A DNA stretch of 64,000 nucleotides from a bacterium. GTDB taxonomy: Bacteria; Verrucomicrobiota; Verrucomicrobiia; Limisphaerales; J093. Made by a program: the position numbers and the translations under genes. Under the pieces are notes generated by a model. It was not told the origin of the DNA. It searched no databases and saw only the letters and a list, made by a program, of their open reading frames with translations. Shown here piece after piece: positions 8,724 to 18,500 of the stretch. The DNA lies in the NCBI GenBank assembly GCA_021780105.1, contig JAJXZJ010000059.1, positions 3,230 to 67,229 on the forward strand, written 5' to 3'. The first letter of the stretch is position 1, and each line of letters opens with the position of its first letter.

Positions 8724-9761
8724 CTACGCCGTCAGGTGCGCAAGAAAGCCGAGCCGCTGCCGCAGCGTCAGTTCGCGGCCCAGCGCGATGCGGCGCCAGT
8801 TGAGTTTAAGGATTTGCGCGTTGCCGAAAGCCCAGCGCCAGCGCTGTTTTTTGAGGCTTTCCAGGTCGTGCGGCATGACGCCCTGGCCGATGGTTTCATT
8901 CACATACACGGAGCGGTAGCCCTGAACGCTCAGCCGGAAGCCGAGGTCGGCGTCCTCCGTGATCGTGCTCGGGTCAAACCCACCCACGGCCTTCAGCGCG
9001 GCCACGTTGATCAGGCTCAACGTGCCCGTGGACGGCACGCAGTCGAGCGTGTTGGCCATGGTCATGTAGCCGGAGAAATAGTGTTTGAAGTCCAGGGCGA
9101 TGCCCAGATTGCCGGGGCCGATGTTCCGGTAATCCTGAGGAAACTGGACGAGGCCGATCTTCGGGTCGGCGAAATAGCGCAGCCCGCGGCGCAGCGCGTT
9201 GCGCCGCACGGTGTAGTCGGCGTCCACCACGAAGATGTATTCGGCCTGGGGATTCATGAACTGTGCGTGTTGCGCTGGATCAACTGGGCGTCCCACGAAG
9301 ATGTATTCGGCCTGGGGATTCATGAACTGGCGCACGTAATTGAGCGCGCCCGCCTTGAAGCCCGCGAGCTGCTCGACGTGAAAAAAGCGGAACCGCGGTC
9401 CCAGTTTCTCACAGCAGGCCTCGACCGGATGCCAAATCGCTTCATCGGCGGTATCGTTGTCAATGACCAGCACCTCGTAATTTCGCCAGTGCAGTTGAGC
9501 CAGACTCTCCAGCGTCTGACGCAGCAGTTCTGGCGGTTCATTGCAGGCCGGAACATGGATGGAAACAAACGGCTCCTTGGCGAACGCCTTGCGGCGGGCC
9601 AGATGGACGCGCGGGATGCAGGAGGTGACCAGTTGCAAGCCCAGCACGAAGAAATGGACCGCGAAATTGACCGCCAGCAACGCGGCATGGACCATTGGAA
9701 AAAGCAGCAGCAAGGCCGCGGAGCCTGCCACGCCAAAACAGATTGTCAGTTTTTTCAGCAT
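8724..9761 (-). pseudogene. Processive GT2 glycosyltransferase, catalytic part. Carries a 66-bp in-frame insertion and ends at an in-frame TAG
   Basis: ATG at 9761 (MLKKLTICFGVAGSAALLLL). VSIHVPACNEPPELL, VLVIDNDT, VVDADY (DxD), TEDADLG and QRWRWAFG (QxxRW) are all present. The duplicated segment is FMNPQAEYIFV. TAG at 8724..8726. Confidence 0.75.
9228..9329. repeat. Two identical 36-bp direct repeats separated by a 30-bp spacer, inside the GT2 coding sequence
   Basis: cacgaagatgtattcggcctggggattcatgaactg occurs at 9228..9263 and 9294..9329. The spacer tgcgtgttgcgctggatcaactgggcgtcc is at 9264..9293. The period is 66 bp, so it is in frame. Confidence 0.9.
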
Positions 9762-10013
9762 GATTGAGTTTGATTTTCCAGGCTGTCCACGGTGGCGGAA
9801 TCGCGGGACCGGCATTCCGGTGCCAGCAGCTTCCCGCATGAAGCAGAACAGCCAGTGTGACAACCCTAGGCTGATCATCCACGGCAGGCTATTGGGGTTA
9901 TCCCCTAAAAAACGGCGGTGCGGTGCCGCGTGCCATGATCGCCGAACCGCCGCTTTGCTCGGCCGGGCGCGGTGTGCTACAAAACGCGCGATTGACTGGA
10001 TCAAGCGAATGCC

Positions 10014-11090
10014 ATGACGAGTGACCCTTCCTCAGCCCAACCGCGCAAAGCGGCCCGGCGATTGCGCGGTCCCAGCTTGCGGGCGCTGCTGGCGGACATC
10101 GTCGAGTCTTCCGAGGACGCGATTTTCGGCCGAAGTCTTGACGGTGCCGTAAGCAGTTGGAACCGCGCGGCGGAACGCATATTCGGCTATTCCGCCGAGG
10201 AAATCATCGGCCGATCGAGCCATGTGCTCCTGCCGCCGGACCGACCTGAGGAAATCCGCCGGCTGATGGAACGCATCCGCCGCGGCGCGCGGGTGGAGCA
10301 TTTTGAGACGGTGCGACTGCGCAAGGACGGCGAGCGGCTGGCACTGTCCATGTCCGTCTCGCCCATCCGCAACGCGCGCGGCCGGATCGTGGGCGCCTCG
10401 ACCATCGCCCGGGACATCACCCGTGAACGCGCACTGGAGGCCCGCCTGCTGGAGGCCGGCGAGGAAGAACGCCAGCGCCTGGGCCGTGATTTACACGACG
10501 GCCTGGGCCAGCAGCTCGGCGGCATGGAACTGCTGTGCCGCACCTTGAGGCGCTCGTTGAGCAAGCGCAGCCTGCCGGAAGCCCGCACCGCGCGGTTGCT
10601 CGTATCGCAAATCCAGGCCGCCACGAGGCAGACCCGCGCGCTCGCCCGCGGCCTCACGCCCGTCATGGACCGGCCCAACGGCCTGATGCTGGCGCTGGAA
10701 GACTTTGCCACCACCACGCGCATTTTATTCCGGATCAACTGCACCTTTCATTGCGAGGAGCCGGTGTTGATTGCCGACCGCGGCGCTGCGATTCACTTGT
10801 TCCGCATCGCCCAAGAAGCCGTCAGCAACGCCATCCGCCACGGCCGTGCCCGCCGCGTGGACCTCAGCCTGCGACGCAAGGTGAAACATCTGACACTGGA
10901 AATCCGCGACCGCGGGCGCGGGCTGGCGGCGCCGGCACCCAATCCCACCGGCCTCGGGTTGCGGATCATGAAATACCGTGCCGCGATGTTGGGCGGCACG
11001 CTGCACCTGGCCGGCATCTCACCGCGTGGCGCGGTGGTCACCTGTAATGTTCCCCTCGCCCGCCTCAACGCCGTGGTTCCCCGCCTGTGA
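10014..11090 (+). CDS. PAS domain sensor histidine kinase (HisKA_3/NarX-type)
   Basis: PAS segment (SSEDAIFGRSLDGAVSSWNRAAERIFGYSAEEIIGRS). H-box ERQRLGRDLHDGLGQQL. HATPase motifs (EAVSNAIRHGRA, IRDRGRGL, GLGLRIM). Confidence 0.9.
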   Translation: MTSDPSSAQPRKAARRLRGPSLRALLADIVESSEDAIFGRSLDGAVSSWNRAAERIFGYSAEEIIGRSSHVLLPPDRPEEIRRLMERIRRGARVEHFETVRLRKDGERLALSMSVSPIRNARGRIVGASTIARDITRERALEARLLEAGEEERQRLGRDLHDGLGQQLGGMELLCRTLRRSLSKRSLPEARTARLLVSQIQAATRQTRALARGLTPVMDRPNGLMLALEDFATTTRILFRINCTFHCEEPVLIADRGAAIHLFRIAQEAVSNAIRHGRARRVDLSLRRKVKHLTLEIRDRGRGLAAPAPNPTGLGLRIMKYRAAMLGGTLHLAGISPRGAVVTCNVPLARLNAVVPRL

Positions 11091-11761
11091 AAACCACCGT
11101 CCATGCTGCCGGCGAGCGTCGCCGCGTGCTGATCGTGGACGACCATCCGCTGATGCGGCTGGGGCTGCGGCAATTTCTCACACAGGAGCCAGACCTCGCG
11201 GTCTGCGGCGAGGCGGCCAACGCCACCGAGGCGCTTGCGGCCGTCGAGCGCAGCCGGCCCGATCTGTTACTGCTGGACCTCTCGTTGACCGGGCGCAGCG
11301 GCCTGGACCTGCTCAAGGACCTGCGCGTCCGCTTCCCGCGGACGCCGGTGCTGGTGCATTCGGTGCATGACGAACTCATTTTCGCCGAGCGCGCGCTGCG
11401 GGCCGGCGCCCGGGGCTATTTGATGAAGCAGGAAAGTGGCAGCCAGCTCGTCGCCGCCGTGCGGCAGGTGTTGCGAGGGGAGATCTATCTCAGTGAACGT
11501 CTCCGCGCGCCGGCCGCGAAAACTGCCGGCCGCCGGCCGCCGGCAGGGCAGACGCCCATCGCGCGGTTGACCGCACGGGAATTCGAGGTGTTCCAGCTCA
11601 TCGGCCGGGGCAGCAACAACCAGGAGATTGCCCGCCAGTTGCACATCAGCATCAAGACCGTCGAGGCGCATCGCGAGCACATCAAGCGCAAGCTGAGCCT
11701 GGACAGCAGCACGGCGTTGAACCTGCTGGCGGTGCGCTGGGACAGCGACCAAACCGCCTAG
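11087..11761 (+). CDS. Response regulator, NarL/LuxR family
   Basis: GTG start overlaps the kinase TGA. Receiver domain (RVLIVDDHPLMRLGL...PDLLLLDLSL). C-terminal LuxR HTH (LTAREFEVFQLIGRGSNNQEIARQLHISIKTVEAHREHIKRKL). Confidence 0.9.
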   Translation: MKTTVHAAGERRRVLIVDDHPLMRLGLRQFLTQEPDLAVCGEAANATEALAAVERSRPDLLLLDLSLTGRSGLDLLKDLRVRFPRTPVLVHSVHDELIFAERALRAGARGYLMKQESGSQLVAAVRQVLRGEIYLSERLRAPAAKTAGRRPPAGQTPIARLTAREFEVFQLIGRGSNNQEIARQLHISIKTVEAHREHIKRKLSLDSSTALNLLAVRWDSDQTA

Positions 11762-11880
11762 CGGCCGGCGGGCCAGCGCGTCGCCGGCCATCTTTGTTCT
11801 TCAAATCCCGCGGCGCAGCGGCTAACAAAGGGCGGGCGGCGGCGAGTCCTGCAAACCCCTCGGCCGGCCGCAAGGATTTC

Positions 11881-12612
11881 ATGGCTGGACACAGCAAATG
11901 GGCAAAGGTCAAACATTTCAAGGGTGCGATTGACGCCAAACGCGCGCGCATTTTCGCAAAGCTGTCGCGCGAGCTTGCCATTGCCGCCAAACTGGGCGGC
12001 GGCGATGCCGACCTGAACCCGCGACTGCGCATGGTGCTGCTCAAATGCCGGGCGGCCAGCGTGCCGGCGGATAACATCGAGCGGGCCATCAAGAAGGGCG
12101 TCGGCGGCACCGAGGGCGTCAATTTCGAGGATCTCACCTACGAGGTTTATGGCCCGCACGGTGTGGCCATGCTGGTGGAACTGACCACCGACAACCGCAA
12201 TCGCACGGCCGCGGAAATCCGCAGCCTCCTGACCAAGCACGGCGGCAGCATCGCCTCCGCCGGCGCCGTGACGCGGCTCTTCCAGCGCAAGGGCCAGATC
12301 ATCGTGACGCGCGACGCCGCCGGCGAGGATCAGTTGATGGAACTGGCGCTGGAGGCCGGCGCGGAGGATTTCAAGGCGGACGCGGACGGTTACGAAATCA
12401 TCACCGAGCCGGGGCAGTTCGAGGCGGTGCACCGGCAGATCGAAGCGAAGGGGATCAAGGCCGCCGGCGCCGAGGTGACTTATCTGCCTGCGCTTACGGT
12501 GTCACTGGCGACATCCGCCGACGCGGAGGCGGTGAACCGGCTGATTGACGCGCTCGAGGAGCATGACGACGTCAAGGAGGTTCACACGAACGCCGAGTTT
12601 CCCGAGGGTTGA
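11881..12612 (+). CDS. YebC/PmpR family DNA-binding regulator
   Basis: ATG at 11881. MAGHSKWAKVKHFKGAIDAKRARIFAKLSRELAIAAKLGGGDADLNPRLR is the hallmark N-terminus. Confidence 0.9.
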   Translation: MAGHSKWAKVKHFKGAIDAKRARIFAKLSRELAIAAKLGGGDADLNPRLRMVLLKCRAASVPADNIERAIKKGVGGTEGVNFEDLTYEVYGPHGVAMLVELTTDNRNRTAAEIRSLLTKHGGSIASAGAVTRLFQRKGQIIVTRDAAGEDQLMELALEAGAEDFKADADGYEIITEPGQFEAVHRQIEAKGIKAAGAEVTYLPALTVSLATSADAEAVNRLIDALEEHDDVKEVHTNAEFPEG

Positions 12613-12615
12613 ACC

Positions 12616-15435
12616 GTGGCCGAAGCCCCTTCACCCGTGCCGCCGCCGTCGCCCGCCGGCGAGTCGTCGCTGGTCGTGCGCGTGCTTTCGTGGCTCACGG
12701 ACGCGGTGTGTGACCATCCGAAATGGTTCACCTGGCCGCAGGTGGGGTTGTTGGTCCTGTGCATCGTTTACACGGTGCGCAATCTACAGTTCGACATGGA
12801 CCGCAACAACCTGGTCGGTTCCAACCAGAAGTATCACCAGAACTACCTGCGCTACGAAAAAGAGTTCCAGGCGGACAACGATCTGGTGACGGTGGTGGAA
12901 AGCGAGAGCATCGAGAAGAACCGGCAGTTCGTCGAGCGGCTCGGACGCCGCATGGAAGACGAACCGAAGTTCTTCACGAATGTGTTCTACAAGGGCGACC
13001 TCAAGCTCATGGGGCCGAAGGCGCTGTTGCTGGAAACGAATGCGGCGGACCTCGCGGAGATGCTCCAACGGCTGGAGGAGGCCCGGCCGATGATCCAGAA
13101 CTTCTCCCAAGTCACCAATCTCGACTCGCTGTTCAGCATGGTGAAGCGCCAGTTTTTGCACGCCAGTGGCGATCTGGACACCAATACGGAGGCCACGCTC
13201 AAGGCCCTGCCGGTGCTGACGCGCATTCTCAATCAGGCCGCCGACGCGGTGCGGCGCCCCGGCATCCCGCCGTCGCCGGGCGTGGCCGCGTTGTTCGACA
13301 GCAGCGAGCAGGCTGAGGCCAGTCTTTACATCACGTTTGCCACGAACCGGATTTACCTGGTCACCGCGCAACCGGCGGGGCCTGACATTGCCGAGGAGGC
13401 GATTCACGAATTGCGGACGCTCATCGCGGACACCCAGGCCGAGGTGCCGGGGGTAAACGTGGGCGTCACCGGAGGACCGGTGATCGAGGTGGACGAAATG
13501 GCGCAGGTCAAGCGCGACTGCACGGTCGCCACAATCGTCTCGCTCATCTTGTCGGCCGGGTTGTTCATTTATGCCTACTCCGAGGTCTGGCGGCCGTTGA
13601 AGGCGGTGGTGTCGTTGATCTTCGGACTTGGTTACACGCTGGGCTTCGCCACCCTGGTCGTGGGCCATCTGAACCTGCTGACCGTCACGTTTCTGCCGAT
13701 TCTGATCGGTCTGGCCATTGACTTTGGCATCCACCTGGTGACGCGCTACGAGGAGGAACTGCACCGCGGCCGGACGCCGCGCGAGGCCATGCGCAAGGGC
13801 ATCGTCTTCACCGGCCAGGGTATTTTCACGGGCTGCTTCACCACGGCCGGCGCGTTTCTGGCGATGGGGCTGACGGATTTCCGCGGCATCAAGGAAATGG
13901 GCCTGATCAGCGGTGCCGGCCTGTTGATCTGCCTGGTGCCGATGATGACGTTGTTTCCGGTGCTGCTGCTGCGCGGGCGACAACCCGAGGCCGGCGAAGA
14001 AGATTTGGGGCAGGCGGAACGCCGGGCGCGCATTGAACGGCTGTGGCTGGACCGGCCGGGCTGGGTCACGGCGGTCACGCTCACCATCACGGCGCTGGCC
14101 TTGAGCCAGTTTCCCAAGGTCTATTTCGACTACAACCTGCTGAAATTGGAAACCAAGGGCCTGCAGGCGGTGAACTACGTGAACGTGCTCATGACGGCCG
14201 CCGACCGGTCCGTCCTGTTTGGCGCGGTGATCACGGACTCGCCGGAGAAGGCGGAGGCCCTCACGCAGAAGCTGCTGGCGCTGCCGTCGGTTGCCAGCGT
14301 GGACTCGATCGCCCATTACCTGACGGAGGACCAGAGCCAGAAGCTTGCGCTGATCCGCCAGATCAAGCAATCCCTGGCCGGCATCCACTTCGCCCCGGTG
14401 GATCTGAACCCGGTCAACGTGCGGGATTTACGACTGACCCTGCAGTATCTCCAGACTTACCTTACGCTGGGCAGCGAGGCGGCGGCGAAGGCGGGCGAAC
14501 AGAAGCTGGCGGAGCAACTCACCCATGTGCATGACGCCATCGCCCGGTTGCGGGTCGCGATGCAAAACGTTGATTCCTCCACGGCTGCCGAGAAGCTGGG
14601 TGAGTTTCAACGGGCGCTGCTGAACGATTTGCACGACACGCTGGCCGCCATTGCGGACCAGGATGCCAGCGCGGCGCTGCGGGTGAAGGATTTGCCGCCC
14701 ACGCTGCGCAACCGCTTCATCAGTCAGAACGGCAAGTTCTTCCTTTTGCAGGTCAATCCCAAGCGCGATGTCTGGGAACGCAAAAACCAGGAGGAGTTCG
14801 TTACCGAGTTGCGCTCGGTGGACCGCGATGTCACCGGCGAGCCGGTGCAACTGCTGGAATACACCACCCTGCTCAAGGACAGCTACATCCAGGCGGCGTG
14901 GTATTCCTTGGGAGCAATTGCGTTGTTGGTGTTCATTCACTTCCGCAGCATCCCTTGCGTCATCATGGCGCTGCTGCCGGTGCTGCTGGGAACCACCTGG
15001 CTCGTCGGCTGGATGGGACTGGCCGGCGTGCCGTTCAATCCAGCCAACATTATGACCCTGCCGCTGGTCATCGGCATTGGCGTCACCAACGGCATTCACA
15101 TTCTCAACCGCTTTGCCGAGGAGCAGAAGCCGAGCATTCTGGCCAAGAGCACGGGCAAGGCGGTGCTGGTCTCGGCCCTCGCCACGATGGCTGGTTTTGG
15201 CAGCCTCATCCCCGCCAAGCATCAGGGTATCGCCAGCCTCGGCATGGTCATGGCCGTCGGCACGGCCGCCTGCATGGCGGCAGGGCTGACGTTCCTGCCG
15301 ACACTGCTCGGCTGGTTGACCGCGCGGGGCTGGACCATGCCCAACAAAAAACCCAGAGGCGATAATGCACAACCGCCACTGGGTTCTGGAGGAACCAAGG
15401 CAAAACCACTCGTGATAATGCCTCTAAACGATTAG
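12616..15435 (+). CDS. MMPL/RND-superfamily exporter (HpnN-like architecture)
   Basis: 939 aa. Two 6-TM bundles, each following a large soluble loop. Sterol-sensing-like helices (LIFGLGYTLGFATLVVGHLNLLTVTFLPILIGLAIDFGIHL; VLLGTTWLVGWMGLAGVPFNPANIMTLPLVIGIGVTNGIH). Confidence 0.8.
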   Translation: MAEAPSPVPPPSPAGESSLVVRVLSWLTDAVCDHPKWFTWPQVGLLVLCIVYTVRNLQFDMDRNNLVGSNQKYHQNYLRYEKEFQADNDLVTVVESESIEKNRQFVERLGRRMEDEPKFFTNVFYKGDLKLMGPKALLLETNAADLAEMLQRLEEARPMIQNFSQVTNLDSLFSMVKRQFLHASGDLDTNTEATLKALPVLTRILNQAADAVRRPGIPPSPGVAALFDSSEQAEASLYITFATNRIYLVTAQPAGPDIAEEAIHELRTLIADTQAEVPGVNVGVTGGPVIEVDEMAQVKRDCTVATIVSLILSAGLFIYAYSEVWRPLKAVVSLIFGLGYTLGFATLVVGHLNLLTVTFLPILIGLAIDFGIHLVTRYEEELHRGRTPREAMRKGIVFTGQGIFTGCFTTAGAFLAMGLTDFRGIKEMGLISGAGLLICLVPMMTLFPVLLLRGRQPEAGEEDLGQAERRARIERLWLDRPGWVTAVTLTITALALSQFPKVYFDYNLLKLETKGLQAVNYVNVLMTAADRSVLFGAVITDSPEKAEALTQKLLALPSVASVDSIAHYLTEDQSQKLALIRQIKQSLAGIHFAPVDLNPVNVRDLRLTLQYLQTYLTLGSEAAAKAGEQKLAEQLTHVHDAIARLRVAMQNVDSSTAAEKLGEFQRALLNDLHDTLAAIADQDASAALRVKDLPPTLRNRFISQNGKFFLLQVNPKRDVWERKNQEEFVTELRSVDRDVTGEPVQLLEYTTLLKDSYIQAAWYSLGAIALLVFIHFRSIPCVIMALLPVLLGTTWLVGWMGLAGVPFNPANIMTLPLVIGIGVTNGIHILNRFAEEQKPSILAKSTGKAVLVSALATMAGFGSLIPAKHQGIASLGMVMAVGTAACMAAGLTFLPTLLGWLTARGWTMPNKKPRGDNAQPPLGSGGTKAKPLVIMPLND

Positions 15436-15534
15436 CCGGCGCCACTCCAAAAGTCAATCGCCAACCCCGAAAAATCCCGGAAAAAATCCAGAAACACGCC
15501 TGCCATCCGCGGTTGAATGACGGCCCACGGGCCG

Positions 15535-15562
15535 TTGACAGCCCGGCATTCGGCGCTAGCTT
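15535..15562 (+). promoter_or_regulatory. Candidate sigma70-type promoter for the uvrA-like gene (TTGACA-N16-TAGCTT)
   Basis: TTGACA at 15535..15540 and TAGCTT at 15557..15562. The start codon at 15572 is only 9 nt after the -10 element. The palindrome acggcccacgggccgt abuts the -35 element. Confidence 0.25.
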
Positions 15563-15571
15563 CGCTCCGCC

Positions 15572-18500
15572 ATGTCGAGTGCCAATCCACCCGCCGCCAT
15601 CCGCCTGCGCGGCGTCCGCCAGCACAACCTGAAGGGGGTTGACCTCGACCTGCCGCTGCACCGGCTGATTGTCGTCACCGGCCTCAGCGGTTCGGGGAAA
15701 AGCTCCCTGGCTTTCGACACGCTGTTCGCCGAGGGCCAGCGGCGCTACATCGAGACGTTTTCCCCCTACGCCCGCCAGTTCTTCGACCGGATGGACAAGC
15801 CGCGGGTGGACAGCATCGAGGGCATTCCGCCGGCCATCGCCATCGAGCAGCGCAACGCCGTCCGCACCACGCGCTCCACCGTCGGCACGATGACCGAACT
15901 GTGCGACTACCTGAAAACGCTCTGGCCGCAAATCGCCCGGCTCCACTGCCGCGGCTGCGGCCGGCCGGTGAAAAAGGAAACGCCGCGCGCGGTCTGGGAA
16001 ACGCTGGCCGCCGACGCACGGACGCATGGCGCCGAGGTGTTGCTCACGTTCGATCTGCCGTTGTCGGAAAAGCTCCCGCTGGCGGACTCGCTGGCGCTCA
16101 TCGCCCGGCAAGGCTATCAACGCCTGTTGCTCGGCGGGGAAATCGTGCGGGTGGAGGAGGCCGCCGATCCGTTGCAACGCCGCGCGGCCGCGTCCGCCGC
16201 GTTGACCGTTGTCCAGGACCGCCTGCGGTTGAGCGACGACCAGCGCGCCCGGTTCGCGGAAGCCTGCGAGCAGGCCTATCACTTCGGCAAAGGCAAACTG
16301 GCCGTGCGCGTCCTGAACCGGACCGGGGCGGCGCCAGCCGGGGCCGCGCCAGGCATCAGCGGATTGACCCTGTTGTTCAGCAACCGCCTTCACTGCGCCG
16401 GGTGCGACATCGAATACGCCGAGCCGACGCCGACGCTGTTCAGCTTCAACCACCCGCTGGGCGCCTGCCCGGCCTGCAAGGGCTTCGGCCGGATCATCAA
16501 CATTGACTACGACCTCGCTGTGCCGGATCGCTCGCTCACCCTGGCCGGCGGCGTGGTGAGGCCCTGGCGCAGCGGGTTCAGCGCCGAGTGCCAGGACGAT
16601 CTGATGAAGTTCTGCCGCGCGCGGGAGATTCCCACCGACGTCCCGTTCAATGAGCTGCCGCCGCGCCAGCAGGATTGGGTGCTCAACGGCGATCCCGGTT
16701 ACGGCAGCGACGAGGAGCACGAATGGCCGCGGGCCTGGTATGGCGTGAAAGGCTACTTCCGCTGGCTGGAATCGAAAGCTTACAAAATGCACGTCCGCGT
16801 GCTGCTTGCCCGCTACCGCAGCTACCAGACCTGCCCGGCCTGCGCCGGCCGCCGGCTCCAGCCCGACGCGTTGCTGTATTGCGTCCCGAATCCGCCGGCG
16901 GTGCCCAAGGAAACCAGCCTTGCGGGTCACGCCGCCGCCGCGCCCGACGCGCTGCCCGCGCTGACGCTGGCCGATTTCTACCAGCTCCCCATCCGCGACG
17001 CCCACCGCTTCGTGGAACGGCTGGCCGGCGAACAACGATTTTCGCCGGGCGATCCGCTGCGGTTCGTGCTGGACGAAATCCACGCCCGCCTTGGCTACCT
17101 GGTGGAAGTCGGCCTCGGCTACCTGACACTTGACCGCCCCACGCGCACGCTTTCCGGCGGCGAAACCGAGCGCGTCAACCTCACCACCTGCCTCGGCACG
17201 CGGCTCGTCAACACGCTCTTCGTACTCGACGAACCGAGTGTCGGCCTCCACCCGCGCGACACCGCCCGGCTGGTGCGCATCCTCGAACACCTCCGCGCCG
17301 CCGGCAACACCGTCGTCGTGGTCGAACACGAGGCCGCCGTCATGCGCGCCGCCGACCAGATCGTGGACCTCGGCCCCGGCCACGGCGAGACCGGTGGCCG
17401 GGTTGTCTTCCAAGGCAGCTTTGCGAATCTGCTGAAGTCGCCGGACTCGCTCACCGGCCAATACCTCGCCGGCCGCAAGCGAATTGAAATTCCGCCGCGC
17501 CGCCCGGTGGCAAAACTGAAATCCGAAATCCGAAACCCGAAACCCGGGAATGCTGACAAGGCCGCCGCCGTTCGGACCTCCGACCTCGGACTTCGCACTT
17601 CGGACTTGTCCTGGCTCACCCTCCGGCATGCCACCCGGCACAACCTCCGGGACCTGACCGTGCATTTTCCGCTCGGCCGTTTCATTTGCCTCACCGGCGT
17701 GAGCGGCTCCGGCAAGACGACGTTGGTCCGCGAGGTGTTGCTGCCCGCGCTGGAACAAGCCGTCAAATCGCCGGAGCCTGCTGACGATCCCGCCGGCGCC
17801 CGGACCGACAACGAAGGCCCGCCAGACGACGAGTCGGCGACGCCCTCGCCTTCGTCATCCGTCATGCTTGCGGGAGCGGAGCAACTCGGCGGCATGGTGC
17901 TCGTGGACCAGGCGCCGCTGGGCAAGACACCGCGCTCGAACCCGGCGGTTTACGTCGGCGCGTTTGACGATCTGCGCGAATTTTTCGCGCAAACCGAGGC
18001 CGCCCGCCAGCACGGGTTGAACGCCAGCGCCTTCAGTTTCAATTCGGCCCAGGGCCAGTGCGAGCGCTGCCGCGGCGCCGGCTTCGAGAAGATTGAAATG
18101 CAGTTTCTCAGCGACGTCTTCATCCGCTGTCCCGACTGCGGCGGCCGCCGCTACCGGCCGCACATTCTGGAAGTGAAGGTTGAGAGACGGAGTGAGTTGA
18201 TGGTTGATAGGCGCGTTGCCGCGCGACGCCGTCCACTATCAACCATCAACTCAAATTCAGCCTCAACCCTTTCTTGGTCCATCGCCGACCTGCTCGACGC
18301 CACGGTGGACGAGGTCATTGATTTCCTCGCCGGCTTTGCGGATTCCAGGCCGGCGGCCCGCGCGAGCGCCGCGTTGAAATTGTTGCAGGAAGTCGGCCTC
18401 GGCTATCTGCGCCTCGGCCAGCCGATCAACACGCTTTCCGGCGGCGAAAGCCAGCGGCTCAAACTCGCCCGCCACCTCGCGGAATCGGCCGCCGTTTCCG

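Noticed and set aside
8724-8726. The in-frame TAG as programmed recoding (pyrrolysine or read-through)
   Set aside because: No pyl genes or PYLIS-like context are visible, and the same gene carries a second lesion (the 66-bp insertion). A nonsense mutation is the simpler explanation.
9228-9329. A possible two-repeat CRISPR mini-array (36-bp repeats, 30-bp spacer)
   Set aside because: There are only two repeats. The repeat is native GT2 coding sequence (QFMNPQAEYIFV) read in frame. No leader or cas genes are in the window.
15248-17758. 836-aa minus-strand ORF
   Set aside because: It is antisense to the UvrA-family gene and the end of the MMPL gene. No motifs are present and the composition is that of a shadow ORF.
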